Shown one piece after another: positions 55,449-55,775 of a stretch of DNA of 55,775 bases. How positions within the stretch are numbered: position 1 is the stretch's first letter; every line of letters starts with the position of its first letter. Below the pieces are notes generated by a model, which worked only from the letters and a program-made list of their open reading frames with translations, ran no database searches and was not told the origin of the DNA. The position numbers and the translations under genes were made by a program. The DNA comes from an uncultured Dehalococcoidales bacterium (lineage in GTDB: Bacteria; Chloroflexota; Dehalococcoidia; Dehalococcoidales; UBA2162). The stretch lies in contig CAZIYN010000001.1 in NCBI GenBank assembly GCA_964543495.1, forward strand, positions 1 to 55,775. The letters run 5' to 3'.

Positions 55449-55685
55449 TTAACCCCTCGCTTTCGCTTCGAGAAGTCTCTGCCCTCTTTCGGTAGCCCCT
55501 TTCAGGGCACCGCCGAACAGCATGCCGAGGAAGAAACCGAGCCCCCCGGCAAACAAGGGAGTCGGGATACTCACGCCCTGGATAGCTTCCAGCCGGGTGC
55601 CGCAGTTAGCACAGACGACCTGCTCTCCGATTTCCTGGATCTTGATAGGGTACCCGCAAACTGCGCAATCAGTTATCTCCGCCAT
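55449..55685 (-). CDS. Zinc-ribbon plus TM mini-protein, 78 aa
   Basis: CAVCG..(14)..CANCG, then LFAGGLGFFLGMLFGGAL. AGGAGGGAG SD. Confidence 0.6.
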   Translation of the reverse strand: MAEITDCAVCGYPIKIQEIGEQVVCANCGTRLEAIQGVSIPTPLFAGGLGFFLGMLFGGALKGATERGQRLLEAKARG

Positions 55686-55704
55686 AGCTCCCTCCTGAAA
55701 AAAC

Positions 55705-55726
55705 GGGGGGTCGCCGGCGACCCCCC
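55705..55726 (-). terminator. Rho-independent terminator GGGGGGTCGCC/GGCGACCCCCC plus U6
   Basis: 22-nt perfect palindrome followed on the minus strand by GTTTTTT. The right arm lies in the terminal repeat. Confidence 0.8.
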
Positions 55727-55775
55727 TTACTGATTTTAGTAATATCAGAAATATTTCATAATGTCAAGTCGAAGA
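55721..55775. repeat. Terminal direct repeat copy 2
   Basis: Identical to 1-55. Confidence 0.95.
55739..55767 (-). promoter_or_regulatory. Candidate promoter TTGACA-N17-TATTAC just upstream of the terminator (also present at 19-47)
   Basis: Read on the minus strand. The -10 lacks the final T. The predicted start is about 6 nt before the hairpin. Confidence 0.4.

Overview
The first 55 nt are identical to the last 55 nt, so this window is a complete, closed replicon of about 55.72 kb. It looks like a bacterial virus or phage-plasmid: bacterial-type tRNAs, sigma70-like TTGACA-N17 promoters and AGGAGG Shine-Dalgarno sites. Coding density is very high. About 120 genes sit on the minus strand, many translationally coupled through ATGA or TAATG overlaps. 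The only plus-strand genes are a 7-gene island at 4370-6213. Modules, in minus-strand order from the junction: (i) A surface or virion-like block (55685 down to about 35136). It has beta-helix, LVIVD beta-propeller, FN3-like, InlB-B-repeat and lectin-like proteins, many small beta-rich paralogs and many TM proteins, but no recognisable large terminase, portal, HK97 capsid protein or P-loop packaging ATPase. (ii) A tyrosine integrase (30969-31742) with chains of zinc-ribbon micro-genes. (iii) An AT-rich island (27.2-29.1 kb) with an iteron-rich ori-like region and one gene flanked by 25-bp inverted repeats. (iv) A ubiquitin-like conjugation cassette (22002-25815): a Ubl ending in Gly-Gly, an E2-like protein, a JAB/JAMM peptidase and a ThiF-type E1, in PRTRC-like gene order. 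This is the most interesting system in the window. (v) A beta sliding clamp, a RepA/DnaB-like ATPase with neighbouring iterons, and an HNH endonuclease. (vi) An early region of about 35 tiny genes punctuated by a conserved 20-bp palindrome, plus tRNA-Gly and tRNA-Met. (vii) A redox/sulfur auxiliary set: radical SAM, FTR-like, thioredoxin-like, CysD-like, DUF2061 and an alkaline-phosphatase-superfamily enzyme. All family calls come from motif recognition by eye. No database searches were run.
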